NCBI GenBank assembly: GCA_000004985.1
Contig: GG738882.1
From: Naegleria gruberi
Lineage: Eukaryota
Direction: 5' to 3' (one strand)
DNA length: 64,000 nucleotides
The position numbers were made by a program, and so were the translations under genes. Positions 47,204 to 58,455 of the stretch are shown here, one piece after another. Numbering within the stretch: the stretch's first letter is position 1; each line of letters begins with the position of its first letter. The notes below the pieces were generated by a model. The model did no database searches, was not told the origin of the DNA, and saw only the letters and a program-made list of their open reading frames with translations.

Positions 47204-49206
47204 TTAGAATAAATCACTGTATGCTGATGGAGTTGTTACAACTTGTGCTGCAGCTTGATAATTTTCATAAGAACCTGCGTCAAAAGAATTGTTTGGGAAT
47301 TGATCATAGGTTGGTGGTGGTTGTTGTTTCATATTCTTTGTGACACCTTCTAGATAGCTTAACAGAGCTGATAGGACAGCATCATTTTGAGAGACTGGAG
47401 AGCTATTGGCTGATGCATTACTATTTCTATCGGTTACTATCATTTCTTTTTGAGGAAGTGGGAAGTTGTTTTGTGGCATTAGATTTCTTTGAATTACTGC
47501 TTCCATTTCGTCAATTAGTGGTTTATATGCAGTAGATAGCCGCACATATCGTTTGGCAAGTGTTGTAATTGCTCGGTAATCCTTCTCCAAGAATGTAAAA
47601 TAATCCACAGTAATAACCTTTTTAGATGATGTGGTAATTGAGGAAATCCTAGGTCTTAATCCTCTCTCAATTAATTTACAAATGTCCAAATGATATTGAC
47701 AAGTTGTGGTAATACTAGCTAGTATTGTAGAGAGAGAATATCTGTAATTTCACAAGTCATTAAGAACTTGGTATTGAAAAATACTTACGGAAATAGTTCA
47801 TGTTCAGTCATTAACGTAATTTTGAGTGCAATCTCTTCCACAGCACTTGGAGAAATATCAGGTATTCTACTCAAGAATAATAATTTGAATCCCTCCACAA
47901 TAATGAATGAATGCATATGTTGAGATTTGAAAAATGTCTCCGAGTGACAATCAACCATCATTTTGATTAAACGTTGACGATAGCTAGAAACTGCATTGAA
48001 CACTGCTTCAATAACTTGTTTGAAAAGCATGAAATTTTCAGTTGTGACAACAGCGTTTTTCAAATAGTCCCATGTACCAGGCAACAATATCTCAGAAATT
48101 GACTTGTCCAGAGAAACTTCCAAAATCTTTGGTAACCCCTTGATGAAAATGGCAAACTCATTTGGGGAATGTTGCTCAGCTCCACCCACAACAAAAGCTC
48201 TATGTTTCTCTAAATTCTTCTCATATAAATCCAAAGTTCTGTTTTGATTCTCCGAAAAGTAGAAATCTCCAAATAATAAATAGTATCTAGACCTTGGTAA
48301 ATCTCCATATCCAATAAAGTATGCTCCCATATTGTGACAAGCTCCAACAAAGTAAAAGTTTGAAAAGTAATCTGTCGAGAGTTTGGCAATTTCCAATTCA
48401 CATCTCTTGGCTGTGACTTGAGCAAAGCTCAACTGAGCAGTAATTTGTTCAGATAAAGCCAATGCTGACAAGTAAAAGGCAAATAAACACTTCATCTCAG
48501 CCTCTGTTGTGATAAATTCATTGGGAGGAACAATAATTTGTGGTGAACCATTCAAAAATTGTTGTAAACATGTCTTTACAAAAAATTCAAATTTGACCCT
48601 TTTCAAAACGGGATGTCCACTACAAAGGAAAGTATAATACAATTCTACCACATTCATTGGTGAAACTGTACTTGACATTGTTTGTGGAAATTGTGGTGAC
48701 TGACCGTTTATGTGAGTTGGTGAAGTGTACGGAAGAGATGATGATGGGATGGTGGTTGGTAAATTTAGAGGCATGCTATTGAGTAATTGATGTTGTAGTT
48801 GATTGTCAATTGAGGGAGTACTATTTGATTTGTCAGTATTATTGGACGATGATGACTTTTTCCTTCTCTCCGTTTTGGTTGGATAAGCGTCCGAGCCTTT
48901 TCCTCGTTTTCTTGGTGTATTGTACTATTTGTATGAGATTGAAGAAATGATGATTATGATGAATACTTACTGTACATTTGAGTCCTCTGGCTGAACATTT
49001 AGAGCATTCAGGAAGCTTTTTATCACACTTATATAAAACGTGTAATCAATGATATGTTGTAACTACTACTAGACACCTACCTTTTTGTGTAGAGATCGAC
49101 ATTGAATGCAGGCTATTGGGTGAAAGCCTTCCGGAGCAGTTAATCCATCTCCAATATTATAATCTTCATCCTCTGATAATGAAGCTTGACTTTCGGTTTT
49201 CTTCAT
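47204..49206 (-). CDS. Zn(II)2Cys6 (Gal4-type) binuclear-cluster transcription factor; 4 exons
   Basis: Exons are 49206..49081, 49027..48971, 48924..47789 and 47741..47204. Introns are 49028-49080 (GTAGGT...tataAG), 48925-48970 (GTAAGT...aaaTAG) and 47742-47788 (GTAAGT...ttaCAG), and the frames join. The zinc cluster spans exons 1-2: 'ACIQCRSLHKK|CDKKLPECSKCSARGLKCT|YNTPRKRGKG'. This merges ORFs 47785..48774 and 47204..47689 and adds two short 5' exons. Confidence 0.65.
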
Positions 49207-50028
49207 CTTGCTATTCTTGTTGTTGTATTCGTTTTATGTGATATGTCTCTTGTTGCTATCTTTTTACTATTAGAGAGAATTAATACTTGTTCTTCTTGTG
49301 ATGTTGAGCATCATACACAGGATTAAAAAAACGTTCCTCTTCTTCTTATTGTTATTTTGTTGTTGTTGTTGTTCCTATTGTTGTTCTTATTGTTGTTACT
49401 TCTCTCACAAGAAAGCACCTTGCTGGTTATAACGGCTGGTCAGAGATTTCAGCTGTTTTTTTCTCTCTTAAATAACAGTATAAAACCAGATGATACACAA
49501 ACCTCGGTCTCCTTCCTAATAAAACAATTGCTTGCATCCTTCCATCATCATCTCTCAACACTTTTATCTTTGCATTCCATCATTTTTTCGATATTGTCAT
49601 CATATTCTATCAAGCAGTGAGCCATTCTACTTGTTCAACTCCTCTCTTTTGAAAAAAAAGTGTCGGTGTTATTTTACGCTTCTGTTTGAGGCAGCATTAA
49701 ATAAAGTCCTCGCTCTCTGCCTATCGGATGATTGACACAATTAAGGATAATGTAAAATGTGTCCTCGTTGATTGCTTGTTAGGAAGTTACTGTCCTTCTT
49801 GGATTTCATTTGCTAGTTACTGTAAAGTTCAAGAGATGGTGGGATGGTTGTAAATTTAAATACAGGAAATAAGAAGTATTATGAAAACAACCTAAAATAA
49901 TAATGAAATCAATCACTTGTTGAAAGATGTATGAATTACACCTTCAGTGAAAAGTCACTTGAACTGGCTTACTGATGTTTGAAAGCTGTCAAAAGTTAAA
50001 AAATCAATCAAAAAAAATAGACATCAAA

Positions 50029-50489
50029 ATGGTTCTTTGTGCTGGTGATGAAATTCAATTAACTCTTGTCAGAGGAAAAAACTTGAAAGCTGCAGATTCG
50101 AACAATCTCAGTGATCCATTTGTGACTTTTGAATCAAGCACTGGACAAAAATCCAAATCAAAAACCATCAAGGATACATTGAATCCGGAATGGAATGAAA
50201 AATTCACATTTAAATTGGATAAAAGTGAAAATTTCATGCTTGTTATGCAAGTTTTTGATTTTGATTTAATCAAAAATGTATGTAAAGATTAATTAATTAT
50301 ATTAGAAATATTATTCGAAACTTTGTGAAAATATTTGAATTGACTTTCCAATAGGATTTTCTCGGATCAACAACAATTACAATTTCTGATGAAAAGTATG
50401 ATATTGGAAAGGAACATGAAACTGAATTACCACTCCATGCAACAACCACTGGATCATTGGTCATTCGTTTCACCATTGTCAGGAAATAG
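50029..50489 (+). CDS. Small single-C2-domain protein; 2 exons
   Basis: Exons are 50029..50277 and 50355..50489, donor GTATGT at 50278, acceptor aaTAG| at 50354. The C2 signature is 'IQLTLVRGKNLKAADSNNLSDPFVTFES...KTIKDTLNPEWNEKFTFKL...LVMQVFDFDLIKN|DFLGSTTITISD...'. Confidence 0.7.
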
Positions 50490-50530
50490 ACAATTTCTTG
50501 TACACACATTTAATAATTGAATAAAATTAT

Positions 50531-52441
50531 TTAATAAAAATATGCTTGCTTCTTTGAATTATAAGTTTCTTCATCTAGACAGACCAGTGAACAGTCTCTA
50601 CATTTAGTAAAGCATGCAACAATATCCTCTGGATTAGTGACAAGTACAGGAATTGAATCACTAAGAGGAACTCCCTTTTTGAATGCTTCTGGTGCGTACT
50701 TGACTAAAAGCTCTTTGTTTAATCTGTAAAAGAAATAGGTTGAGACAGGAGTTGGGTTAACAAGGAACCATTGCAAAACTTCTTCTTGCTGTTTCACATC
50801 AAATAAGGAGACAATTTCCATTGCTCTACTGTGTCCAATATTTTGTGAATTATGAGCAATTCCTTCTTTTAAGAATGTCCTACACCACTTTTTCCTTACT
50901 TCCATATCACAATAATTACTTAAGATTTGTGATCCCAATACAAATGCATAAATGTCTGGTTGTTTTCTTGCTAGTTCCAAAATCTTTTCCATATTTTCCT
51001 CATAGTTTTGATAGGTAAAAGGTGGTAATCCCCATGCCTGTAACACCTTTGATTGTATTGAATTATTCTCATCCCTAAATTGTAAAAATAAAGATGGTTT
51101 GGTATCGGCTATCATTTTTACTATTCTTGGATCTTCAGTCACCTTGGTTGAAAAGTTAACTATTGATTGAGGATTGATTGCAAAAAGTTTCTTTGCAAGA
51201 GGTCTGCAATCTTTCCAGAAGGCCGGCAAATAAGTGATGAGGCTTGGATTTTTCATCAATATCATTTCAACAATTTCCTTGTCTTGTAATAGTTCTTCTT
51301 GATTCAAAAATGCAGGGAAAGATGTCATATCTTCAATTTGATTGATTCCTTTGATTACCAATTTGCGGAAACCAGGGGTAGAGTAGGGAATATATTCCAA
51401 AGAGTAAGGTTTGGAAGAAACAGCAATTTCTAATAATTCTTGATGATTTCTCAGAAAATTAGAACTGAGATATTTGATAGCAAATCCATTTTGTTTTACA
51501 GCTTGAGTGACAACCTGCTTATCTTGCAAAAACTTGGTGCAATATTTTAACATTTTACCATGTGAGTTGACCAATCGAAGGCAAAAATCTCTATCTTCCA
51601 AGAAGGATTGAGGTATTTCCTTACCAATCTTGTAGTAAATTTTTGCAGCCTTTACAAGAAAATCTGGATCATTGAATTTTGGAGAGATTGCACTAATGGT
51701 CTTGGCAATTTGTTGAGGAGAAAGATCACGAGCTGTAAAATGTTTCAATAAACAAAGAGCTAATGGAGTGGATGTCACACCTGCAGGTAGTCGATTAAAT
51801 ATTTGTCTTCCACAAGCAATTTTACAATACTTTTGGAAACTATCTGCCTCAATTGTAAACATTGATGAAGGTGGATCGAATAGAGCATCCCATATATTAG
51901 TTTTTGTATTGTAATGGCCACTTGTACTAATAACAAGGTTATTATATTTCCCATTCGGAACTAGGACAATGTTATCACTAATACTAACAAGGTTATTCGT
52001 CTTTTCCCATAACTTGATTGGATATATCCAGTGTGCAGGATACGAATAATATGAATAGCTGGCAACATTCATATCTTCATCGAAATGTCTCGTCATCATC
52101 AGTAACTCTTTAATAATAAATGGAATTTTACAATTTAATTCAGTTTCAACTCTTTCAAATTCCTGTTGATATCGTTCTCTATATTCATCATCACAATCAA
52201 TTAATTGAAATTTATCAATCAAATGTTCATTATAAATAGTCAAATACTCCCGAAACACTCTACGAAAATAATTTAAAAAGGTGGCAACAAGTTGTCGATT
52301 CGTCACTCTAAAATTGCTCGATTCTCTGAATGGAATAAAACTGAATAATAATTCTAAAATTTCCGATGGTAAATCAAGTAATTTATAAAGATGATTGGAG
52401 GTGGTGGAAATTGTTGTGATCATAGTTTGATCGTGTTGCAT
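50531..52441 (-). CDS. F-box-like protein with DUF4116-type repeats
   Basis: The N-terminal F-box motif is 'LLDLPSEILELLFSFIPF'. The C-terminal half contains 'DKQVVTQAVKQNGFAIKYLSSNFLRNHQELLEIAV'-type DUF4116 repeats. Confidence 0.55.
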   Translation of the reverse strand: MQHDQTMITTISTTSNHLYKLLDLPSEILELLFSFIPFRESSNFRVTNRQLVATFLNYFRRVFREYLTIYNEHLIDKFQLIDCDDEYRERYQQEFERVETELNCKIPFIIKELLMMTRHFDEDMNVASYSYYSYPAHWIYPIKLWEKTNNLVSISDNIVLVPNGKYNNLVISTSGHYNTKTNIWDALFDPPSSMFTIEADSFQKYCKIACGRQIFNRLPAGVTSTPLALCLLKHFTARDLSPQQIAKTISAISPKFNDPDFLVKAAKIYYKIGKEIPQSFLEDRDFCLRLVNSHGKMLKYCTKFLQDKQVVTQAVKQNGFAIKYLSSNFLRNHQELLEIAVSSKPYSLEYIPYSTPGFRKLVIKGINQIEDMTSFPAFLNQEELLQDKEIVEMILMKNPSLITYLPAFWKDCRPLAKKLFAINPQSIVNFSTKVTEDPRIVKMIADTKPSLFLQFRDENNSIQSKVLQAWGLPPFTYQNYEENMEKILELARKQPDIYAFVLGSQILSNYCDMEVRKKWCRTFLKEGIAHNSQNIGHSRAMEIVSLFDVKQQEEVLQWFLVNPTPVSTYFFYRLNKELLVKYAPEAFKKGVPLSDSIPVLVTNPEDIVACFTKCRDCSLVCLDEETYNSKKQAYFY

Positions 52442-52585
52442 TTTTTTTGATCTTGAAAATTCAATTTTTTAGAGATGAACTTTTTGTAAATTTCAAAAAT
52501 GCAATGGAACTTGGAAATTTGCTAAAAATCGTGTTTCTTGAATGTCAATTAGAAAATTGAAAAATCAAGAATAATTGAAAGTTTA

Positions 52586-54295
52586 TTAGAGTTTTGTCTT
52601 TTTGTACATGGACTTGAGTGCCTTTTGTCTAAGATCTTCCATTTCTTCAACGGATCGTTTGTTTTCTCCTCTATCAACTTTGATTCGGTCAGTTTCGTAA
52701 ATGGAGGCAAGATTTTTCTTTACTTCATCCTTTCTAAAGTTCTTTTCATAGGTTGCTAGATTGTGGACCTTAGCTCCTAAGGCAGTGGTACAATTTCTTG
52801 AAACCAAATTAGAAAGTTCAGCAATTTGTTTCAACAATTCACTTTCGTTTTCAATTTTTTTGTACTTTTTCAAATATTGTTCAAGAATGAAAACTTCAGA
52901 TCTGCAATCATAACAATGATCCATTCCTTCAACTTGCACGTTGTGTGGATAATAGTGAACTCTTGTTCTGGTATTGAAATAAAACATTTGACTTTCGTAT
53001 TTTGCAGTATCGTATGGAATAGTTCCACAATCTTTTGAACATACTAATCTTGTTTCGGTTGTTGTTTGAGGTCCCCATACTGGCAAGTAAATATCTCCCT
53101 TCAAATATTCATAGCTCTTCTCAGATTGTGTATCATAAGGTAGACGAAACTTGAGCATGGACATTTTTGGTTTAATTGTCAAATGCCAATTCATTTGTGC
53201 TTGATTATCCCACTTGACACACTTTTCAATCTCCTCACGGTGCTCTACTGTTTGATTTTCATTTCCCTTCTCTGGTTGAGCTGTTCTAATATCACTAATA
53301 AACAACACATTTTTATCAGCATACTTTGCAGCCAACTCATCAGTAAAGAAATCATTCACAATTGTAATCTTATCTGTTGGTTTACAAACAAATGGACTTG
53401 GATCTACAAGTACGAAACTCAAATCAGGAAATAAATCACTCAAAAAGTTTGTGTGGTGGCCAGGAGCAGCACCTGCATAAACAACAATTGCACCAGGATA
53501 ACCAAATTCAGTTAAGAATTCAATTTCTGACATGAGTAATTTACGTTGACCCCAGTGAATGACACTCTTCAACTCTGACTTTCTTCTACGGTAAGTTTCT
53601 TGAGGATCGTGTGGTTGGAGTATACGATTGGTTCTATCGAATGGTTTCTCTTCAATGTGTGGATCATTGTAGTGCAATATTTGTTCACAATGTGGATTTG
53701 ATTTCTTATCTGGCCATTCGTAATTTTCATATTGTTTCTTTCGGTAGGAGAGAACGAATTGATTGGGAGCTCTGTTGAATTGATGGTAGAATCGAACTCT
53801 TCCTTGCGGTTGTTGATAGGAAGATGTATAGGAATGTGGAGGAGAATATCTATCCTCATCCCTTTTTCTGAATCCTGCTTGTCTGATATAAGAAGAAGAA
53901 GAAGCAGAAGCATGATAATATTCTTGTCTACCATATGAAGGCCGTTCTTCTCTTTCTTGATAATGAACATGAGAAGAATGGAAAGGCCTTATGTTGCCAG
54001 CATTTCGTGCCTTAATTGGTTTTCTATCCTGATAAGGGGACGCAGAGGAACCAACACTGAAGCGTTCTTCTTCCTCATGATATTGGTGTTGGTAATTTCG
54101 TTGTTTATTATCTGAACGATAAGAAGAATTATCAACAACAAAATTATCCCTTCTGGAAGAAATGTATTGCCTATTGCTGGAGCTGCTAAAAGTTGAACGA
54201 GTTCCATCTGGTTGTTGAGGAGTATCACATTGTCGAGAACGTTGGAGGTTGTTGTTGTGATTATTGTTGGTTTGAGGGTGGCCACGATTGTTCAT
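52586..54295 (-). CDS. Poxvirus VP39-like mRNA cap (nucleoside-2'-O)-methyltransferase homologue with an RS/RY-rich N-terminal region
   Basis: The catalytic domain aligns with vaccinia VP39. 'HWGQRKLLMSEIEFLTEF..GAIVVYAGAAPGHHTNFLSDLF' matches 'YQGQLKLLLGELFFLSKLQ...[22 protein letters not shown]'. 'VLFISDIRT' matches 'IILISDVRS'. 'FRLPYDTQ...YLPVWGPQTTTETRLV' matches '[34 protein letters not shown]'. Residues ~1-230 are low-complexity R/S/Y/Q-rich, e.g. '...RSDNKQRNYQHQYHEEEER...YRRRKS'. Confidence 0.7.
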   Translation of the reverse strand: MNNRGHPQTNNNHNNNLQRSRQCDTPQQPDGTRSTFSSSSNRQYISSRRDNFVVDNSSYRSDNKQRNYQHQYHEEEERFSVGSSASPYQDRKPIKARNAGNIRPFHSSHVHYQEREERPSYGRQEYYHASASSSSYIRQAGFRKRDEDRYSPPHSYTSSYQQPQGRVRFYHQFNRAPNQFVLSYRKKQYENYEWPDKKSNPHCEQILHYNDPHIEEKPFDRTNRILQPHDPQETYRRRKSELKSVIHWGQRKLLMSEIEFLTEFGYPGAIVVYAGAAPGHHTNFLSDLFPDLSFVLVDPSPFVCKPTDKITIVNDFFTDELAAKYADKNVLFISDIRTAQPEKGNENQTVEHREEIEKCVKWDNQAQMNWHLTIKPKMSMLKFRLPYDTQSEKSYEYLKGDIYLPVWGPQTTTETRLVCSKDCGTIPYDTAKYESQMFYFNTRTRVHYYPHNVQVEGMDHCYDCRSEVFILEQYLKKYKKIENESELLKQIAELSNLVSRNCTTALGAKVHNLATYEKNFRKDEVKKNLASIYETDRIKVDRGENKRSVEEMEDLRQKALKSMYKKTKL

Positions 54296-54529
54296 TTTTC
54301 GAAAGACGAAATCAATAAATATTTGATTGAGGCGCCACCTTACATGTTTTTTGTCTAAGGATGTTGAAAGATATTCAAGATGGTAAATAGTTGGGCATTA
54401 TGATTATCGTGTTGATTTAAATTCTAATAATTTTGGATGATATTTTCGCACAGCTTTGTTTCGTAATATATTTTCATAATAATTTCACACTAATTTTCCT
54501 TCTATTGAAAAATGTTGATGAATTAACTA

Positions 54530-56266
54530 CTACTTGGAAGATAATCCGTAATTCATGTTGAATAGTTCTTGTATTTCAGTCGAATCCAAGAAGGGTTCCA
54601 AATCTGTTTCCACTTCCGAGCCAGCTGAGAAACTATCCAAAAAGCTGTTTAAACTTTCTTCATATTCCTTCATTCGGTGTTGAACTAGATTTTCATCCTC
54701 CCTTTCTGTTGTTGGAGTCAGGTCATTAAGATTGGAGATGTATTGGAAAAACTCATTGGCAGATTCAATTTTTGATAAATCCACAGTTGGGGGAGAAAAG
54801 CTCTGATTGGTAATGCATTCATTGAGGGCGTTATAGAATTGTTTCCTCTCAATTATTGTTTCAATTTCCTTAATCATATTGTGGTGGAAGAGTTGAACAC
54901 CCTTGTATCGTTTAGAGAGAATTTGAAGAGCTCTCAAATCTTTTGAAAGCACCTGATAGTAATCAATGGCACCTAGAGGAGAAGAAACGTCACAATTCTT
55001 GCGATCTCCCTTTTCAATGAGTTTAACAATTTGCAAATGGATTTTACAAGCAGCAGCAATTGGAGCAATCAAAAAGGAAGGAGAAAATGATAATTGGCCT
55101 GATTCAGTTGTGGTGGTTATTTTCAAAGCGCATTCTTCAATTTTATCCTTTCCTCTATTCATTTCAGTATAAATTCTAATCTTGAGTCCATTTCCAACAA
55201 TTTCTGCAATATCATTAAGAGTTCCAGAAACCCTCTGATTCTTCATCATCATTCCTTTACAAATACTAATTACAGCATCCAACATTTGAATGAAAATCAC
55301 ATAGGTACTCTCTGTTAATTTCTGGTCCAAAATCATACTCCACTCCTTTGGGAACTTGACGCCAATATGTTTTTCAGCAATTTCATGCCAATCTTTTAGC
55401 ATTCCCATAGCCGTATTCTCACTCTTGGCTTCACAGGTAAGAACTTGCTTGAATTTTTTCAAATTTATCTGATACTTTGTTGCTTTTAAATCGTCAATTG
55501 GGTTTTCATCTAAATAAAATTCAACAAATTTAAGGTAAAATCTAGCAGTTTTCAATTTTCCACATCCAATTTCATAACATGCCAAGTATGCATAGGCACT
55601 TGCTACATAAAAATTAGAGTGTTCATCGAAAATCTTGCTGAGAGCATCTCTGGCTTTACGTGCTGATTCATCTGCTGTTGGTGATGCAAGAGTTTCCTGC
55701 TCAATTTGTGCCTTAATAGCCATAAACATGGCCTTGACCTCTTTACAATTCGGTAATGAATCATCCTTACTCAATAAATAAGTTTCCAATTCCTTCGGAT
55801 TAATAACCCAAATCTCAGACATCATTTCTTCATAAATATCCAAATATTTCCTCATCTCTGCAAACTCATTAATTGTCTGATAAAGATTTCCTCCAACTCC
55901 AACTCCAGCACTAATATTACTTCCATTACCACCAATAGAAGAATTTGTAATAATACTTCCTGAATTAATTGTCAAATTATTAATCGAAATTAAATTATTA
56001 CAAGTTTCATTGAACGATGAATTTTCCATCTGGAATGTAATCTTTCCATCATTATTTGATTTCTTCTTCTTCCGAATCCTAGAGGCTCCCTTCTTTGCCT
56101 CTTCATAAACACATTCAACCTTCCTCCATTTACATCCACTACATGATGGCAATGCCCGATCGCAACATTTATGAAGACGTTTACAATTATTGCATGCTAT
56201 TGGATGGAATTGTGGTTTTTCTTCATCTATTGTGCCTGGTGATGGTGAGGATAATGGTTGTTGCAT
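54530..56266 (-). CDS. Zn(II)2Cys6 binuclear-cluster transcription factor (second copy of the class in the window)
   Basis: The N-terminus carries 'ACNNCKRLHKCCDRALPSCSGCKWRKVECVY' followed by a basic stretch 'RIRKKKK'. It is a single continuous ORF. Confidence 0.7.
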   Translation of the reverse strand: MQQPLSSPSPGTIDEEKPQFHPIACNNCKRLHKCCDRALPSCSGCKWRKVECVYEEAKKGASRIRKKKKSNNDGKITFQMENSSFNETCNNLISINNLTINSGSIITNSSIGGNGSNISAGVGVGGNLYQTINEFAEMRKYLDIYEEMMSEIWVINPKELETYLLSKDDSLPNCKEVKAMFMAIKAQIEQETLASPTADESARKARDALSKIFDEHSNFYVASAYAYLACYEIGCGKLKTARFYLKFVEFYLDENPIDDLKATKYQINLKKFKQVLTCEAKSENTAMGMLKDWHEIAEKHIGVKFPKEWSMILDQKLTESTYVIFIQMLDAVISICKGMMMKNQRVSGTLNDIAEIVGNGLKIRIYTEMNRGKDKIEECALKITTTTESGQLSFSPSFLIAPIAAACKIHLQIVKLIEKGDRKNCDVSSPLGAIDYYQVLSKDLRALQILSKRYKGVQLFHHNMIKEIETIIERKQFYNALNECITNQSFSPPTVDLSKIESANEFFQYISNLNDLTPTTEREDENLVQHRMKEYEESLNSFLDSFSAGSEVETDLEPFLDSTEIQELFNMNYGLSSK

Positions 56267-57003
56267 TTTTTTGTTTGAGGTAATTGAAAGTCCGAAACAA
56301 ATATGGAGAGGAATTTGTTTTCCTTCCTAAATATGAAACGGAAAGGTGTTTTTAAAAACTGCGCTCAATCAACAACCTTAATCATCATTCTATCTGAAAT
56401 CTAACTAATTGTATCATCAAGGAAATTGAAAATTTTATGGAGAATTGAAAGAAATCCAACAGTTGTTGCGGTGTTATCCAGGGGGGACCAATGTTGATGT
56501 CCGCGTGTTACTGAAAATTAAATTAATAAAAATTATGGGTCAGAAAACGCCTTTGCTCCAGCCAATTTCAAAAAATATTCTTCTCCTTTCTTTTACGAAG
56601 ATTTTAAATTACTTGGCTACTGTGGAATGGATCTGGCTTATTACTTTGTTACATTAAATGATCGCTTTCATTATGGTGCTATATATCATTTTCTATCTAT
56701 AGGATGAATCTTGTCTTATTAGAATAAGTGCATTGGAAGTCTGAAAGTGGAGTTCCTAATTTATTGTTTTCCTCAGAGGAAAAATGTTGGCTTGTTTCCA
56801 CTACCACTATTCGACGCCTTGTTATTCAACAAATATATGAAATAAAGATTCGATAGTTTAGTATAGAAAAGAATAACATCTATAGATGGTTTTCTGAAAT
56901 CAAGGAAGATGGATACAGTACATATCTCAGATAATAAGCTTTGGATTGATTTTATTTTTTTAATAACGGCATGGTTGGAGAAATTGATAATAATTTTATT
57001 ATA

Positions 57004-58319
57004 TTATAGTGATTTGGCAATTATTTTATCCAATGAATCTTTCATCTCATTTCCATTCGAATCAACCATTAAAAAAGATTTTTTCAAATCCTTAATGAGC
57101 TTAAAATGATTTTTCACATTTCGAATAACAGATTCCTTGCCGAACACATGTTCTAATATTTCTTTCAAAGCAATAACATCAGCAGCAGCTGTATGCTGAT
57201 TTTCAATTGATTTTCTAAATAACTGTTGATAAATGTTACCTAATTTACATTGATTTTTCTCTAATTTCAACGCTTTCTTCAAAATTGGAATTGTATCTAA
57301 GAAAATGATATGACTATTTTTCAAACCATCTATTGTCTTTGAATTATTCATTCTCCAGTAATTGAAAGCACGATGTAGAACACTTTTGTCGAATGGTGCA
57401 TTATGAGCAAGAATTAAGGATTTCTTTGGTAAGAAATCAACAATTAATTTAACTGCTTCCATTTCCTTAGTTCCATTTTGCACCAATTCATTTGTGATTC
57501 CTGTTAATTTTTCAGCATCTCGTAAAATTTTCACTCTAGGAAGGATATATTTTGGAAATGATAAAAATCTATCTTTTGAAATATTATAAATATAACAATC
57601 AGTTGGAGCTCTTGTTTGAAGATCAGTTGTTTCAAAGTCCAAAATCAATACATCATATTCCTCAATAGATTCAATAAGACTACATTTGAATTGATGAGTA
57701 GTGCAGCCACCATTATTAAGACAACATTGTCTACATGATTTACAAGGTGCTTTTGTTGCTTTCCTTTTGTTACCACATTGGCACATTTCAATTCTAATTG
57801 AATTACACTTAGTTGATTTCTTTGGAGGAGGGTTTGTATTTGTATTTTGAGAGTTATTAGGTTGTGGTGTTTTTTGTGTATTACATTCAAACATTACTTC
57901 ATCCTCTTCCTTTTCCATTTTGAATTTTTCTAATCTAATCTTCCTACATAATTCTTGCTGAAGAGCATTTGTTAAATAGCAAGAATTCACCATACAATCG
58001 GATATTACTTTAGCCTTATCAGTTGAGCAATCATGTTTGGTCTGTAAATGATTTGACAAACTCTTTCCAATCACATAATTTTTTTGACATAAAGGACAAA
58101 CAATTGGATCGTTCTTGTTGCTGACTACATCAGTATCTTTCCGTAATGGAATTGAGTTTTGTTTCATATTAATGCTCTTAATTATTGTTTGCACATTGCC
58201 AATTACATCTTTTGGAACAACAATTTTTTTTACAAAATTATCTGGCAATGGAGGAATATCATATTCCAATATGAATCTTCCAATTGTAATGGTTGACTCT
58301 GCGTGAATTCCATAGCCTG
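57004..58319 (-). CDS. DEDD-family 3'-5' exonuclease (DnaQ/RNase T-like) with C2H2 zinc finger and Cys-cluster; 5' end unresolved because of an assembly gap
   Basis: Exonuclease motifs are 'VLILDFETTDL' (Exo I), 'ILAHNAPFDKSVLHRAF' (Exo II) and 'HTAAADVIALKEIL' (Exo III). The C2H2 finger is 'CPLCQKNYVIGKSLSNHLQTKH'. The Cys cluster is 'CQCGNKRKATKAPCKSCRQCC'. The track's N-terminus 'MLKKXXXX' lies across the 50-N gap (58320-58369), so it is an artefact. Confidence 0.65.
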
Positions 58320-58369
58320 NNNNNNNNNNNNNNNNNNNNNNNNNNNNNNNNNNNNNNNNNNNNNNNNNN
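58320..58369. other. Assembly gap (50 N)
   Basis: Run of n. Confidence 0.99.
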
Positions 58370-58455
58370 ATTTTTTTGAGCATAAAATTTTTATCAACTC
58401 AATTTTATTGTTTACAATTTGTCGAAATACTAACGTTGCATCGTTCCTCGCAACT

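Noticed and set aside
49357-49735. ORFs 49357..49620(+) and 49532..49735(+)
   Set aside because: Poly-Leu/Ser low-complexity translations of the TTG/TTC-rich divergent promoter region upstream of the Zn2Cys6 gene. There are no motifs or splice context.
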